Shown here: one piece after another, positions 30,778 to 40,907 of the stretch
Numbering within the stretch: the stretch's first letter is position 1
How the letters are laid out: every line of letters begins with the position of its first letter
Source of the DNA: Candidatus Bathyarchaeia archaeon
GTDB lineage: Archaea; Thermoproteota; Bathyarchaeia; Bathyarchaeales; Bathycorpusculaceae
NCBI GenBank assembly: GCA_049512935.1
Contig: JBEKWR010000006.1
Span: forward strand, 1 to 64,000
Length of the DNA: 64,000 nt
Reading direction: 5' to 3'
Translations under genes and position numbers: made by a program
Notes under the pieces: generated by a model
What the model was told of the DNA's origin: nothing
The model's input: the letters and a program-made list of their open reading frames with translations, nothing else
Databases searched by the model: none

Positions 30778-31461
30778 TCATTTGTAGAAGATCTCTGTCT
30801 TCTTGAGATGCCGCGCAACATCAACAACCTTAACAACGGGTTTTTTCTGATTGCTTACGTATATGAAAATTTCGCTCCTGAACTTTTCGATTGCCTGCCT
30901 CTTAATATCCAAGTACTTTGAGATATCAACGGTTCTCGTTCGGTTGCTTAAAGAGCCGAGCACTTTTTCGAGTGTTGGCCCGACGCGCGAAAGTTTGTGT
31001 GTAATAGAATACTGAAACCCTCGATTTTCCAAGTTAAATTTTTTGAGGCAGCGTCTAATTACCCTGTTTGCGGCTTGATGATCAGGATGACCATCTCGTT
31101 TTATTGGGAAATAAACCTCATCTGGCAAATGGCCTTCAATAAAAGCAGCTACGGCTTGCTCAACTTCTTCCTCGTGTTTTTCAAGAGTAGAATCCTCGAA
31201 ATCAAAGAAAAACAGGTTGCTCTGCGGAACGCCCAATACAGAAACAGCTTCAGTCACTTCTTCTTCTCGAATTTTCTTTATTTCTTCTGGACTTGGGTTT
31301 GAAGTTATGTTAAAGTTCTTTGAGAATGCATGCCTGCCGTCAGTCAAGATCACGACAAATACGTTGTAACCTTCACTCATTCTTTTTGCTATTGTTCCCC
31401 CGCAACCGAGAGTCTCATCATCCGGATGCGGAGCAAAAACAATTGCCGTTCTTTCATTCAT
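30778..31461 (-). CDS. PIG-L/LmbE-family deacetylase
   Basis: APHPDDE and HPDH motifs. Confidence 0.93.
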   Translation of the reverse strand: MNERTAIVFAPHPDDETLGCGGTIAKRMSEGYNVFVVILTDGRHAFSKNFNITSNPSPEEIKKIREEEVTEAVSVLGVPQSNLFFFDFEDSTLEKHEEEVEQAVAAFIEGHLPDEVYFPIKRDGHPDHQAANRVIRRCLKKFNLENRGFQYSITHKLSRVGPTLEKVLGSLSNRTRTVDISKYLDIKRQAIEKFRSEIFIYVSNQKKPVVKVVDVARHLKKTEIFYK

Positions 31462-31587
31462 AGCAGGTGGTCCTGTTACAAAATTAAAATCGATAACTTG
31501 AGCTCATTTGCGTTTCAATCAACTTGTAAAAAGAAGGAGTAAATGAAGGAAGGCTGTCGGAGAAGAAGTGGTTATCAAAAGGTTATT

Positions 31588-32715
31588 TTATCTAATTGTC
31601 TTCAGGGAAAGCCCTATTTTGGTCGCGAAATTCTCAACTGTTTCTCCCCACGTGACCCAGTCGTAAAGCTCGCTAGTTATTTTTTTGTGAACAAGCCTTA
31701 CTTCAAAGTTTTTTCTGTACTTATTCGTCCACTGCAACTTGTAAGGTTCAAGTCCCCTGGTCATGTCGTATTCTGTGAATCCCTTTTCTATGCATTCTCT
31801 TAAAAGAAACATGATCATTAGATTGCCGACAGAGAAACTGGAATATTTCGGAAGAAAACCAGCGAGGTAATAGTACATTTTTTGATAATACTCAAATGTG
31901 TATTGAGATGCAACGGGTTCCCCGTCTACCATGAGAAAATAGATGCCAAGCCAACGGTTCTGCGCAAAGGACTCCGCCACGTCCATGTGGAAATCTCGAA
32001 AAGTGTCCTCAGCGAAAGCTCCAGGCTTACCCTGTGAACCCCATTTCGCCTCATGCAGTCTGATGAAAAGATCCATCGCTTCTTTAGCAGAGAACCCTGC
32101 TTCGTCAAATCTCTTTAAATCTAAGGTATGACCTGTTTGAATTTTTCTCAGGTAACGATTTAGGTTTTGCCTCAGATTCCGCCTAAAAGTCTTCTTCAAG
32201 CTTTCGAATTTTTTCGGCAACTCTACGTAGGGGCATAGATTACAGACTCTTTCTTTCATCTCCAGTTTCAAAGAAGGATCCGCAAATAGCCGTCTTGAAT
32301 AACTTGTACTTTCAGGAATTTCTTTTAGTTCAATCCAATCCCAATCTTCGACTCCATTAAGATAATCTATTATGCTCCTTACAACCGCCCTTTCCTTTTT
32401 GCAAATGATGAAATTGTTATAGTCAGAATGGCGCGTTCCCAGGAATTCTATTTTCCTAATTGAGCCGAAAGCGGGCAGCTTATACTTGGACAGCATCATT
32501 GGGGCGATGCCCAGAACCCGGTTGTTTTCTTCGACTTTCAAGAGAAGAAGTTTTCTTTGCCCACCGAAATGCTTCCACCATGTTGATAACCAATCCAATG
32601 TCAAGAAAACGTTGTTGCCAAATCGGTTTTCTTCAAGAACTTGATTCCATTCTTTTCGAACACTCTCAAAGTCGCTAACTTCAGTTACTCTCACGCTGCC
32701 ATCCAACTCCCGCAA
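31588..32715 (-). CDS. GNAT acyltransferase (CelD/BcsL-like), copy 1
   Basis: WLSTWW, DY, CPY, YYLAGF, DMTRG.EPYK.QW. Confidence 0.85.
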   Translation of the reverse strand: MRELDGSVRVTEVSDFESVRKEWNQVLEENRFGNNVFLTLDWLSTWWKHFGGQRKLLLLKVEENNRVLGIAPMMLSKYKLPAFGSIRKIEFLGTRHSDYNNFIICKKERAVVRSIIDYLNGVEDWDWIELKEIPESTSYSRRLFADPSLKLEMKERVCNLCPYVELPKKFESLKKTFRRNLRQNLNRYLRKIQTGHTLDLKRFDEAGFSAKEAMDLFIRLHEAKWGSQGKPGAFAEDTFRDFHMDVAESFAQNRWLGIYFLMVDGEPVASQYTFEYYQKMYYYLAGFLPKYSSFSVGNLMIMFLLRECIEKGFTEYDMTRGLEPYKLQWTNKYRKNFEVRLVHKKITSELYDWVTWGETVENFATKIGLSLKTIR

Positions 32716-32727
32716 CTGTTTGCCAAT

Positions 32728-33606
32728 TCAATGTTCGCTGAAAATCTGTAGATAAATATTGGCGGCTGTCGCTCGCAAATCGTCTTTTAGGGTTTTGCTT
32801 GGAAATTGACTCTTGAAATAACTAAATTCGCCGACTGGAGAAAAACTCGAAATGCCAATTCCCTTTTTTGCCGCTAAGACAATCGCCCCAATTGATTTCG
32901 GAGCCAATCCCATCATCTGAGAAACCGCGCTATCCGCCGAGACAGGATCTTCGCTTGACATCACTAAGTTCAACCGTTTAGTGTATTTTCCAACCACTAC
33001 TAAACCGTCAAGAACAACAAGATGAGTCTTAACACTTTCATTTATTGCAACGATGGCATCGTCCAACACTTTGTGATAAATGAACTTATTCTGGTAGGCG
33101 TTGCATCCATAGAAGTTTTTTAGTGCACAACTGATTTTGACAACTTCCATGTACTTCGGCTTAGGAACATTAACGACCAGATCGGCTTCAGAAAAAAGTT
33201 CAGGAATATGAAACTTGAAGTCGCGTCCCCGAATTGTTTTATTAACGACTCTGTACTTCATGTTGCACAGGTTGACCAGAGTCACCCTTTTCTCAGCAGC
33301 CATCTCATCGTACCCAAGCATGCTGAACGCATTTTTGCATGTCATTGCTGAAGCGTCCGATTCAACTACAAGAATTTCTGAAGCGCCCAATTTTTCCCTA
33401 AAAACGTCAATTAAGGCACCAACAAACCGTGGGTCAGTTACCTCGCCAGTTGATGGATGATAGTAGTAGCACATGTTTGGCTTGATTACAATCTTCTTGG
33501 CTTTTTTGCCAAAATCGAATTTGATTAGTTCCAGCGATTCCACGATTGCTTTCTTTAAGAGTTCAGGCTCGGCGCTTTGAGCACGAACAAAACTGACAAG
33601 ACTCAA
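32728..33606 (-). CDS. DUF362 domain protein, copy 2
   Basis: IKPNMC, TDP, VNVPKPK, ALKNFYG, DPVSAD. Confidence 0.85.
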   Translation of the reverse strand: MSLVSFVRAQSAEPELLKKAIVESLELIKFDFGKKAKKIVIKPNMCYYYHPSTGEVTDPRFVGALIDVFREKLGASEILVVESDASAMTCKNAFSMLGYDEMAAEKRVTLVNLCNMKYRVVNKTIRGRDFKFHIPELFSEADLVVNVPKPKYMEVVKISCALKNFYGCNAYQNKFIYHKVLDDAIVAINESVKTHLVVLDGLVVVGKYTKRLNLVMSSEDPVSADSAVSQMMGLAPKSIGAIVLAAKKGIGISSFSPVGEFSYFKSQFPSKTLKDDLRATAANIYLQIFSEH

Positions 33607-33630
33607 AACATGTTTCCCCCAGTTTGCTTC

Positions 33631-34620
33631 TTACATCACTGTTTTTGCGTTTCTGTAAGCTGATGATATAGCCTGCAGGCTGCGCATGCTTTCTTCCCCT
33701 GACGGCTGCGGTTGTTTATCCGCTAACAGGCAATTGACGAAATGTTGCAGTTCTAAACTGTATGGATCGTTTTTCCCACGCCCGATTTTTTTCACGATAC
33801 CTTTCAGTATCATGCTTGAAGTGCTTTCGGGAGCCAACCGAACTAATGTGTTTTTAGCTGTGCCGCAAACTTGAATTGATTGAATATAACCTTTTGAAAA
33901 CCAGCCGACTTTTACAGTTGCAACGGGGCCATTCTCAAATTGCAGTATGCATGTTGCTGCGTCGTCTAATTCTGTTCTGAACATGTACTTCAGGTAGCAG
34001 TCCACGGAAGAAACTTGTCCAAAGTACCATATGAACAGGTCTATGAGATGGGAGCCTAAATCCATTAGAGCCCCTCCTCCTACAAGTTCTTTGTTAAGCC
34101 ACCACGAGGGCACTTTGACAGGCCCAACGCTGTCATTTCTCGGGGAAAACGGTCCGCCGCTTATGTTCGTAGCTTCAGCTATTTCCACCTCACCAAAAAA
34201 ACCGTCCGCTATTTGATCATGGACCCTTTTTAGAACTGGGTCAAACCTCATGTCATACCCTACCATTAATCTAACAGAGTTCCTCTTGACCGCAGAGAGA
34301 ATTTTCTCGCCCTCATCCACAGTTCTCGCGAAAGGTTTCTCCAAAAGAATGTGCTTTCCAGCTTCAGCTGATTTCACGGCAGCTTCTTCGTGGAGAAAAT
34401 TGGGCAAACTAATAATGACGCCGGCAATGTCATCATCTTTAAGAAGATCGTCATATTTCTCGAACACCTTCGGAATTCCCAAGTTTCTCGCTCTGCTTCG
34501 CGCTTTCACAGATAGGTCTGCGACAGCCTCGATTCTCGCTGTTTTCAACTTTTTTGAGTTAAGAAGGAGCAATCGTCCTTCGTTTCCGAAACCGATAATT
34601 CCTAAATTAATTTGCTTCAA
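33631..34620 (-). CDS. Gfo/Idh/MocA oxidoreductase, copy 2
   Basis: GIIGFG, HILLEKP, GGGALMDLGSHLID. Confidence 0.92.
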   Translation of the reverse strand: MKQINLGIIGFGNEGRLLLLNSKKLKTARIEAVADLSVKARSRARNLGIPKVFEKYDDLLKDDDIAGVIISLPNFLHEEAAVKSAEAGKHILLEKPFARTVDEGEKILSAVKRNSVRLMVGYDMRFDPVLKRVHDQIADGFFGEVEIAEATNISGGPFSPRNDSVGPVKVPSWWLNKELVGGGALMDLGSHLIDLFIWYFGQVSSVDCYLKYMFRTELDDAATCILQFENGPVATVKVGWFSKGYIQSIQVCGTAKNTLVRLAPESTSSMILKGIVKKIGRGKNDPYSLELQHFVNCLLADKQPQPSGEESMRSLQAISSAYRNAKTVM

Positions 34621-34701
34621 AACACGACCTCACGGGCTTTTATTCCAAGATTTTAGAGTTAAACGATTTTTAAATAAAAACTGGTCTTTGAGAGAGACAA
34701 G

Positions 34702-35946
34702 TCAAAAGCTAACTCTCGGAGGACTCCAAGCGCGGCTCTTGTCTCTTAACACATGGACTAAGCCAGAAGGGGATAGGGCGATTCGGAAGAGGAATGGTAA
34801 AGGGTCATTCGCTTCGAACAAGTCATAAAACAAACCGGGTTCGTAAAACTTAAGCCAGTTTACAAGCAACTTTAAGTCGCGAATCTTCCCGTCGGAATTC
34901 CCTGGGAACCCCTTGATTAGACTTACTAGGTAAAAGAGCTCTTGCTCCAATAATCTTCCTTTGACACCTACTTTGTAGTTGAAAGTTCCGTCGGTGTCTC
35001 CGTCCACCGCTATTTTGTAAAGCAAATATGGAAAGTCAACTCCAGCTTTGACTGCAACACAGAGCGATCCCCAGAAACGTGGATTTATCTCCATTAATTT
35101 AGGAATGTTGTCTCGGGGGTCAAGTCTAAACTCAACTTCAGCGATTCCATGCCAATTTAATTTTTCAAGCAGCCTTTCAGCATACATTTTCATGGTTGGA
35201 TCTAATGGAACAGTTTCACGGTAACAACTGTTTCCGCCATTACGTGGCCACGCTCTTTGAACTTTTATGCAGCAAAAGGCTCTCGGTCTTCCTTCGTTGT
35301 ACACTGTGGCGATTGAATAGTTGAACCCTGGAACGTACTCTTGAATTAACGGGTATGGAAAATATTGATGAATGCTGTTGTAGGTCGCGATAAGCTCGGA
35401 AGGAGAGTTAACGAATCCGCCCCGCCTATCGAGGGCGCGATCTTTTTGCCACACCATCGACCAACGTGGCTTAACAACACAGGGATAGCTCATTTCTCTG
35501 GCGGCAACGTTTAGTTCGGCTGAATTCTTCACAAAACGCGTCAGTGGAACTGGAACCCCGTTTTCTTCCGCCAAGTCAAGCGTTGAACGTTTATCAAAAC
35601 ATGTAAGAATCGATTCGTGACTGGGAATTGGCAGCTTAATGTATGGGGTTAACCTGTCTCTGTTTTTGGAGATCGGCATAAGCGACCATTCAGAAAGCGG
35701 AAAAAACACCTCAAACTTTATTTTTTTTACGATTTTTTCTACTGCCTGAAACCAGTCATTTTCAAGGCTAGTCGATGGGACCAAAAACTGTCTGCGGCAA
35801 TACTTAGAAAAACGGGAAGTATGCACAGGAAAACTTGTCATGACCGCCGTGTTTATGTTCTTTTTTTCCAGCGACCTCATGATCGGAAGACAGGTAGGAT
35901 TGTAGCCCTCCGGAATTAAAACGCCGCCGCTTGACATTTTGAGCAC
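34702..35946 (-). CDS. ATP-grasp ligase
   Basis: DK, YPCVVKP, LIQEYVPG, EVEF, MEINPRFWGS. Confidence 0.9.
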   Translation of the reverse strand: MLKMSSGGVLIPEGYNPTCLPIMRSLEKKNINTAVMTSFPVHTSRFSKYCRRQFLVPSTSLENDWFQAVEKIVKKIKFEVFFPLSEWSLMPISKNRDRLTPYIKLPIPSHESILTCFDKRSTLDLAEENGVPVPLTRFVKNSAELNVAAREMSYPCVVKPRWSMVWQKDRALDRRGGFVNSPSELIATYNSIHQYFPYPLIQEYVPGFNYSIATVYNEGRPRAFCCIKVQRAWPRNGGNSCYRETVPLDPTMKMYAERLLEKLNWHGIAEVEFRLDPRDNIPKLMEINPRFWGSLCVAVKAGVDFPYLLYKIAVDGDTDGTFNYKVGVKGRLLEQELFYLVSLIKGFPGNSDGKIRDLKLLVNWLKFYEPGLFYDLFEANDPLPFLFRIALSPSGLVHVLRDKSRAWSPPRVSF

Positions 35947-36094
35947 AACCGATTTGGGGTTTAAGTCAGGTTTTGATTAGCCTATAACCGCTTTTATCTT
36001 CCCACCAAGACATTCTATGCATGCTTCATTCCAACGAGTGACGAGTTCCTTGTCAACGGCTCGGAGACCCAACGTATAGAATTAGACTGTTAAT

Positions 36095-36169
36095 TGGAGC
36101 CAGGGGTCGGATTTGCACCGACATAAACAGCTCTGCAGGCCGTCGCTTTCTTTACTCAGCCACCCCGGC
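36095..36169 (-). tRNA. tRNA-Cys(GCA), copy A
   Basis: Cloverleaf: acceptor GCCGGGG/CCCTGGC, anticodon arm ACGGC-CTGCAGA-GCTGT, T-arm GTCGG-TGCAAAT-CCGAC, U73 and encoded CCA. Confidence 0.9.
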
Positions 36170-36435
36170 AAACAAATTTTTTTACTCTGAAAAAACTTGA
36201 CATTTAGCGCTTGAAAAGGTCTGCTTTCAGGGCAGCTTCGGGCTTGCCGTAGTTGTTGTTGATGTTGTTGTTGATGATACAATTGTTTTCGCCGCAAGCC
36301 TCAACGTCTACGGCAGTCTTAACGTCGGGTTGTTGATGATGAAGGACACTTTTCCTTCTTGAAAAAACTCCGGAGTCAAGGCACCTTAAATTGAGCCTTA
36401 CGAATTTGAAGGCCTCTGCTATCACCGCAATTGTT

Positions 36436-37128
36436 TTAGTTTTTTGCAGTAAGAATTGCGTATATCCTGACCGTCGCCCATTTCTCTTTAAACTGAGCAT
36501 CATACTGACCGACATCTGTAACTTCGTAACCATGGCTAGTCAACAACTCAAGCATGGCATTGTAACCTTTAAGATGAATCGAGCGCATAGCCGCGGACTC
36601 CTCAACGAATGGACTTGCCATGGAAGGCGCCTTTTCTATGCTTCTATTAGTCTCCAGAAAGAAGACGCGAGGTTTGTTAACGTCCAACAATTTGCCCATT
36701 AAATCCAGAAAAGACAACTGACAACATAACTCGAAAGCGCCAAGGAGAAGAAATACCGAAAAGCCACGATCTACATCAGATTGAACTTTCAAGTTTTCAT
36801 AAGAAGAAAGTATCCACTTGCCGTCTGGATAGATTTTTCTCAGATCTTTTATGGCTTGGCGGTTATCATCAAAGCCGGTAATTTGGTACCCTGATTTTAA
36901 CAAAGGTCCAGCTAACGGAGAATAACCACAAATTATATCCAAGAAATTATCGCCTGATTTAAGATTTGGCCTAATGATGTCAAAAAGGGTGTCCCCTCTA
37001 AAGCTAACACCTTTAAGATAGGGATACTCGTACCGAGCGGTAATCTTTTTTAAAATTGCCAATGCCGGCTTTTCCAAATGTAAAAATCGCAGAGCCTCAA
37101 AACCCCAATTTTTTATTGTTTGGCTCAC
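36436..37128 (-). CDS. Class I SAM-dependent methyltransferase-like protein
   Basis: FLDIICG motif I-like, followed by ITGFD. Confidence 0.6.
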   Translation of the reverse strand: MSQTIKNWGFEALRFLHLEKPALAILKKITARYEYPYLKGVSFRGDTLFDIIRPNLKSGDNFLDIICGYSPLAGPLLKSGYQITGFDDNRQAIKDLRKIYPDGKWILSSYENLKVQSDVDRGFSVFLLLGAFELCCQLSFLDLMGKLLDVNKPRVFFLETNRSIEKAPSMASPFVEESAAMRSIHLKGYNAMLELLTSHGYEVTDVGQYDAQFKEKWATVRIYAILTAKN

Positions 37129-37252
37129 TTTGTTTATCTCCTAAAATCACCGATAAATCTTCACTTTTTACTTTGCTTCAAAAATAAATGCCCTTGGACC
37201 TTGCGGCAGCGTTTTTTCGCGAGCCAAATAGCCCAATGGTTTTTTAATTCAA

Positions 37253-38365
37253 TCATTGAATTTTCGCCGTGGAAAGACGTTTTCCAAGACTGTTGATCAG
37301 AGGCGTTAACGAGTCTTTAGTTTTGATAAAGTCGTAGACTACTGGAACTATTCTCTTTTTTATAGCCCTTACTTCCTTGTTGTTCCTTATCAAGGTATTC
37401 CATTGCTGCTTGTAGCTTTCATCGCCTCTCATGAAATCAAATTCTCTTAATCCGTTTTCAATAGAGTTCTTAATCGAGTACAAAAAGAGAATATGGCCTA
37501 CACGATAATCGGAATATTTCGGGTCAAATCCCGTAAGGTAGTTGAACATCTTATTTCTGTACTTGAAAGCGTAAATTGCCGAAACAGGTTCATCATTTAA
37601 TGTTAGAAAGCTCAGATTCAACCAACCCTTTTCAGCGAAAGATCTTGCGACGTTTAGATGGAAATCTCTGAATTTAGGGTCTGAGAAAGCTCCGACGCGT
37701 TCTTCTGACTCCCACTTTATTTGATGTAAATAAAAGAATGTCTTCATTGCCTTGTCAAGAGTATCTAAATTGTTATGAATGCAGAAATTGACTTTGAAAT
37801 CATTTTTTAATCTCTTTTCCCATCTGCGCATGTTTCTACGCCAGTTGGAGCCCAGACCTTGGAAGTAATCTTCAAACTTAGTTGGCAAAATGATGTATGG
37901 GCAAATGTGGAGGTTTCTTTCCGCCAATTTGAGTTTTTTTGTGGAGCAAGCATTGAGGGCCTTTATTGTCTCAGAGTCTTCGGGAACATCTACAAACTCG
38001 ATGCAGTCCCAAGGCAAGGCTTTGCTATTCGCGTAATCCACCATCATCTTTGCACATTCTTCTTTCTGTTCCGTTAAAAGAAAAGTTTGATAGTCAGCTG
38101 CTGGTGTTCCCATGAACTCCATTTTTTTCAATTTGAGACCTGCCAATTTATAACTTGAACTCATTAGAGGGGCTGCAGCAATTAGTTTTCCTTCATCCTT
38201 GACAGTGATCAGGCACAATATTCTATCGTCGCCAAAGTGTTCCCACCAAGTGGAAAGCCACTCCCACGTAAGGAATATGTGGTTATCGCCGCTTCTTTGA
38301 AGAGCATCGTTCCATTCCGTTTTATAGTTCAAAAATTGCCCAAAGGTTAATTCGTCTACCTTCAT
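37253..38365 (-). CDS. GNAT acyltransferase (CelD/BcsL-like), copy 2
   Basis: FLTWEWLSTWW, ADY, CPY, GFDP, FDFMRGDESYK. Confidence 0.87.
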   Translation of the reverse strand: MKVDELTFGQFLNYKTEWNDALQRSGDNHIFLTWEWLSTWWEHFGDDRILCLITVKDEGKLIAAAPLMSSSYKLAGLKLKKMEFMGTPAADYQTFLLTEQKEECAKMMVDYANSKALPWDCIEFVDVPEDSETIKALNACSTKKLKLAERNLHICPYIILPTKFEDYFQGLGSNWRRNMRRWEKRLKNDFKVNFCIHNNLDTLDKAMKTFFYLHQIKWESEERVGAFSDPKFRDFHLNVARSFAEKGWLNLSFLTLNDEPVSAIYAFKYRNKMFNYLTGFDPKYSDYRVGHILFLYSIKNSIENGLREFDFMRGDESYKQQWNTLIRNNKEVRAIKKRIVPVVYDFIKTKDSLTPLINSLGKRLSTAKIQ

Positions 38366-38393
38366 GCTGTTTTCCTCGCATTAACATTGCTTT

Positions 38394-39557
38394 CTAAATT
38401 TCTGATTTGCAAATTACGTTCAATTCTCCCCGCAAACATTCCTCGTAGATATTGATAGTTATTTCGGCAACTTTGTCCCAAGAGAACTTTTCAGCCCTTC
38501 TTCTCGCCGTGTTCGATAATCTTTCTCTTAAGGGCGGGTCGTCAAGTAACTTTACCATGGCTGAGGCGAGCGCCTGGGGATCACTTGGCGGAACAAGTAA
38601 TCCTCCTTCTCCTAAATACTCGGGAATACCACCGATGTTTGATGCGATAATCGGAGTTGCATTTGCCATTGCCCGCGCGACGACACTGCTTCCCGACACA
38701 CTGACCGTGTTGACTGCCAGGGTGAAAACGCTTTCTTGCATCTTTCGATCGAATTCTGCCTCGCTGATTCTGTTTCCCCAAACGAGCAAATCGGCTACAC
38801 CGAAGTTCATCGCCGCTTTAATCGCTTCATTTTTTTCTGAGTCACTGTAGATGCCATAAATGTGTAAGTGTATCTCCCTGCTTTGATCTCTCAGTATTTT
38901 CATCGATTGCAGAATTGTCCAAAATCCTTTGGCGCTTTTTGGGGATCCAAAGAAGGTAATCTCTTCGCGAGATGTTTTTAGCAGGGGCGGCAATCTTGCT
39001 CCGTGAGGAACTAACCTTATTTTACCTTCCGGGACAGATAAAGAAATCATCTTTCGCTTCATTTCATTTGAGTGAACAATTATTCTGTCGGCTTTTCTGT
39101 ACGACCTACTATAGAAACTGAACTTGTTCAGCGGGTCAATGGAGTGAACTGTGACTACGCGCTTCTTTTCCGAGGGGATAGAAAGAAGCCCGAAAAGCGA
39201 GCTTACTCCAAACGATTGTGACGCGCTTAACTGATAATGAATTATGTCGTCGCTTTTGCATTTTGTCAAGTAAGCGACTCCCCTTAATGATTCAAGGAGC
39301 AAAGAAGTTGCAGAAAGCAACATGTGAAGAGCCCGAGGACTAGAAGCCTTTTCAACCGAGGGTACGTATGAAGGAAAGGAAACAAATTTGCAAACGCTTT
39401 GAAGAAAATTCTTTCTTCCAGAATAGCGGTTGCAGCAGCCGCAATGAGATGAGACCACCTGCCATTCTACCTTGGCGCTTGAGGCATTCTGCAAATTCGC
39501 CGAATAGTTCGCCATCGAGATGTCCTTGTACCAGCAAGTGATCAACGCGACCTTCAT
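38394..39557 (-). CDS. Glycosyltransferase family 4
   Basis: TVH, VPHG, KG, AMA..TPIIASNIGGIPE, FSW. Confidence 0.85.
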   Translation of the reverse strand: MKVALITCWYKDISMANYSANLQNASSAKVEWQVVSSHCGCCNRYSGRKNFLQSVCKFVSFPSYVPSVEKASSPRALHMLLSATSLLLESLRGVAYLTKCKSDDIIHYQLSASQSFGVSSLFGLLSIPSEKKRVVTVHSIDPLNKFSFYSRSYRKADRIIVHSNEMKRKMISLSVPEGKIRLVPHGARLPPLLKTSREEITFFGSPKSAKGFWTILQSMKILRDQSREIHLHIYGIYSDSEKNEAIKAAMNFGVADLLVWGNRISEAEFDRKMQESVFTLAVNTVSVSGSSVVARAMANATPIIASNIGGIPEYLGEGGLLVPPSDPQALASAMVKLLDDPPLRERLSNTARRRAEKFSWDKVAEITINIYEECLRGELNVICKSEI

Positions 39558-39654
39558 GGTAAGTTCAACTCTTCAGGTTAACCTTGACCGAATTTTTCAA
39601 GGGCATTGACCATTCTAACCTCCAACAAATCGATGAGGAATTTATCATTGATGA

Positions 39655-39729
39655 TGGAGCCAGGGGTCAGATTTGCACCGGCGTAAACGGCTCTGCAGGC
39701 CGTCGCTTCCTTTACTCAGCGACCCCGGC
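39655..39729 (-). tRNA. tRNA-Cys(GCA), copy B (T-stem mismatch)
   Basis: Same cloverleaf as copy A; T-stem GCCGG/CTGAC has a C-A mismatch. Confidence 0.8.
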
Positions 39730-39803
39730 TCTTCATCTTGAGCGCTCAGCAATTAAGCTTGGAAAAAACCGCTTTATCATTTGCGGAGCAGATTTCATAA
39801 TAA

Positions 39804-40421
39804 TTAGCTGACAATTGGCGAGGTCATGTTCAACCAAAGGCTTACATAGCGTTGGTCATACTGGAAAGTGTTAGTTGTGTCGTTGAAGATCCACAGTTCA
39901 AAAAACAGGTTTCCATAAAATCCGTTTCTTTGGGAATCCCACGTTATCGTTGTTGAGCTTAGGCTTAACGGGAAACCGTTCAAAATAACGTTTTTCATGT
40001 CGAGTTGGTTAATGTTTTTCAGGTCAGGCATGAAGTAAAAGAAAAAGGAAACATTGATCGGTAATTCTAACGCTTCATTATTGGCTACGCAAAATGAAAT
40101 GTTGCCTAAAGATGGAAGATTGCTGCTTGTTTGGTTGAAACTGTTTGGTGCAGATTGTGTTTGGTTCCTGAATTTTACTTCTATCTGATAGTAAGCAAAG
40201 GATCCTAAATTGTTGTCGACGTCTATGTATAAGGGGTAATTTTGTCCAATTGTACCGTTGTAGGGGTAAGTGGCGTTGTGGTAAGCGCCCAAAATCGATA
40301 ATTCGGTAAGGTGAGTGGTTTGCGGAACTATTGTGAGACGTTGAATAGCAGGCGAAGCGGTGAATAATGCTAAAAACACAGTTACTACAAGTATAAGCGT
40401 TTTGTACTGTTGGGTCGCCAT
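39804..40421 (-). CDS. DUF1616-like membrane protein
   Basis: N-terminal TM, TELSILG, YP, C-terminal LWLN. Confidence 0.65.
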   Translation of the reverse strand: MATQQYKTLILVVTVFLALFTASPAIQRLTIVPQTTHLTELSILGAYHNATYPYNGTIGQNYPLYIDVDNNLGSFAYYQIEVKFRNQTQSAPNSFNQTSSNLPSLGNISFCVANNEALELPINVSFFFYFMPDLKNINQLDMKNVILNGFPLSLSSTTITWDSQRNGFYGNLFFELWIFNDTTNTFQYDQRYVSLWLNMTSPIVS

Positions 40422-40886
40422 TCAACTTTTCCTGCCTTTCCTGCTTAAAATAAACCAAGCAGCTATTCCAACGCTTAAGACAGCTACAGAACCTATTATC
40501 GACAGAATAACAATTACTAGGTTTTGAGTATCGTTATTGTTGGCGTTTTGTTGTAGGGCTGTTGCTTGGGAAATTAAGCCGCTTAGCTCGTTTTGGCTTT
40601 GAACCGCGTACGTGTAGGCTGAACTGTAATCGTTAGCAGCGTAAGCTAGTTGAGCTTCAGACAGCAATCCTGATGCCTTGTTAAGAGTAGCCGTTAATTG
40701 GTCTACGTTCGCTCCTGCGGCTTGCGCTTGCTTGGTCGCGTCATAACAGCTTTTGAGGGTGTTTTGCGCTGAAATAATCGCTGACTTGGCGTCGTTTGGG
40801 TCGGCGAAGACTTGAGAAGAGAAAAGTGCAGTGGCTACGAAGAGGATCATGATTGCTGCTGCACAAGCTCTTACGCCTTTACTCAA
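40422..40886 (-). CDS. Hypothetical secreted helical protein with C-terminal TM anchor
   Basis: Signal peptide, Ala/Gln-rich helices, C-terminal TM and basic tail. Confidence 0.7.
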   Translation of the reverse strand: MSKGVRACAAAIMILFVATALFSSQVFADPNDAKSAIISAQNTLKSCYDATKQAQAAGANVDQLTATLNKASGLLSEAQLAYAANDYSSAYTYAVQSQNELSGLISQATALQQNANNNDTQNLVIVILSIIGSVAVLSVGIAAWFILSRKGRKS

Positions 40887-40907
40887 AACGCGACACCGCT
40901 GAAAGAA

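Noticed and set aside
36204-36533. Asn-rich ORF next to tRNA-Cys
   Set aside because: Overlaps the methyltransferase end, is low complexity and has no recognisable family; not supportable as a gene.
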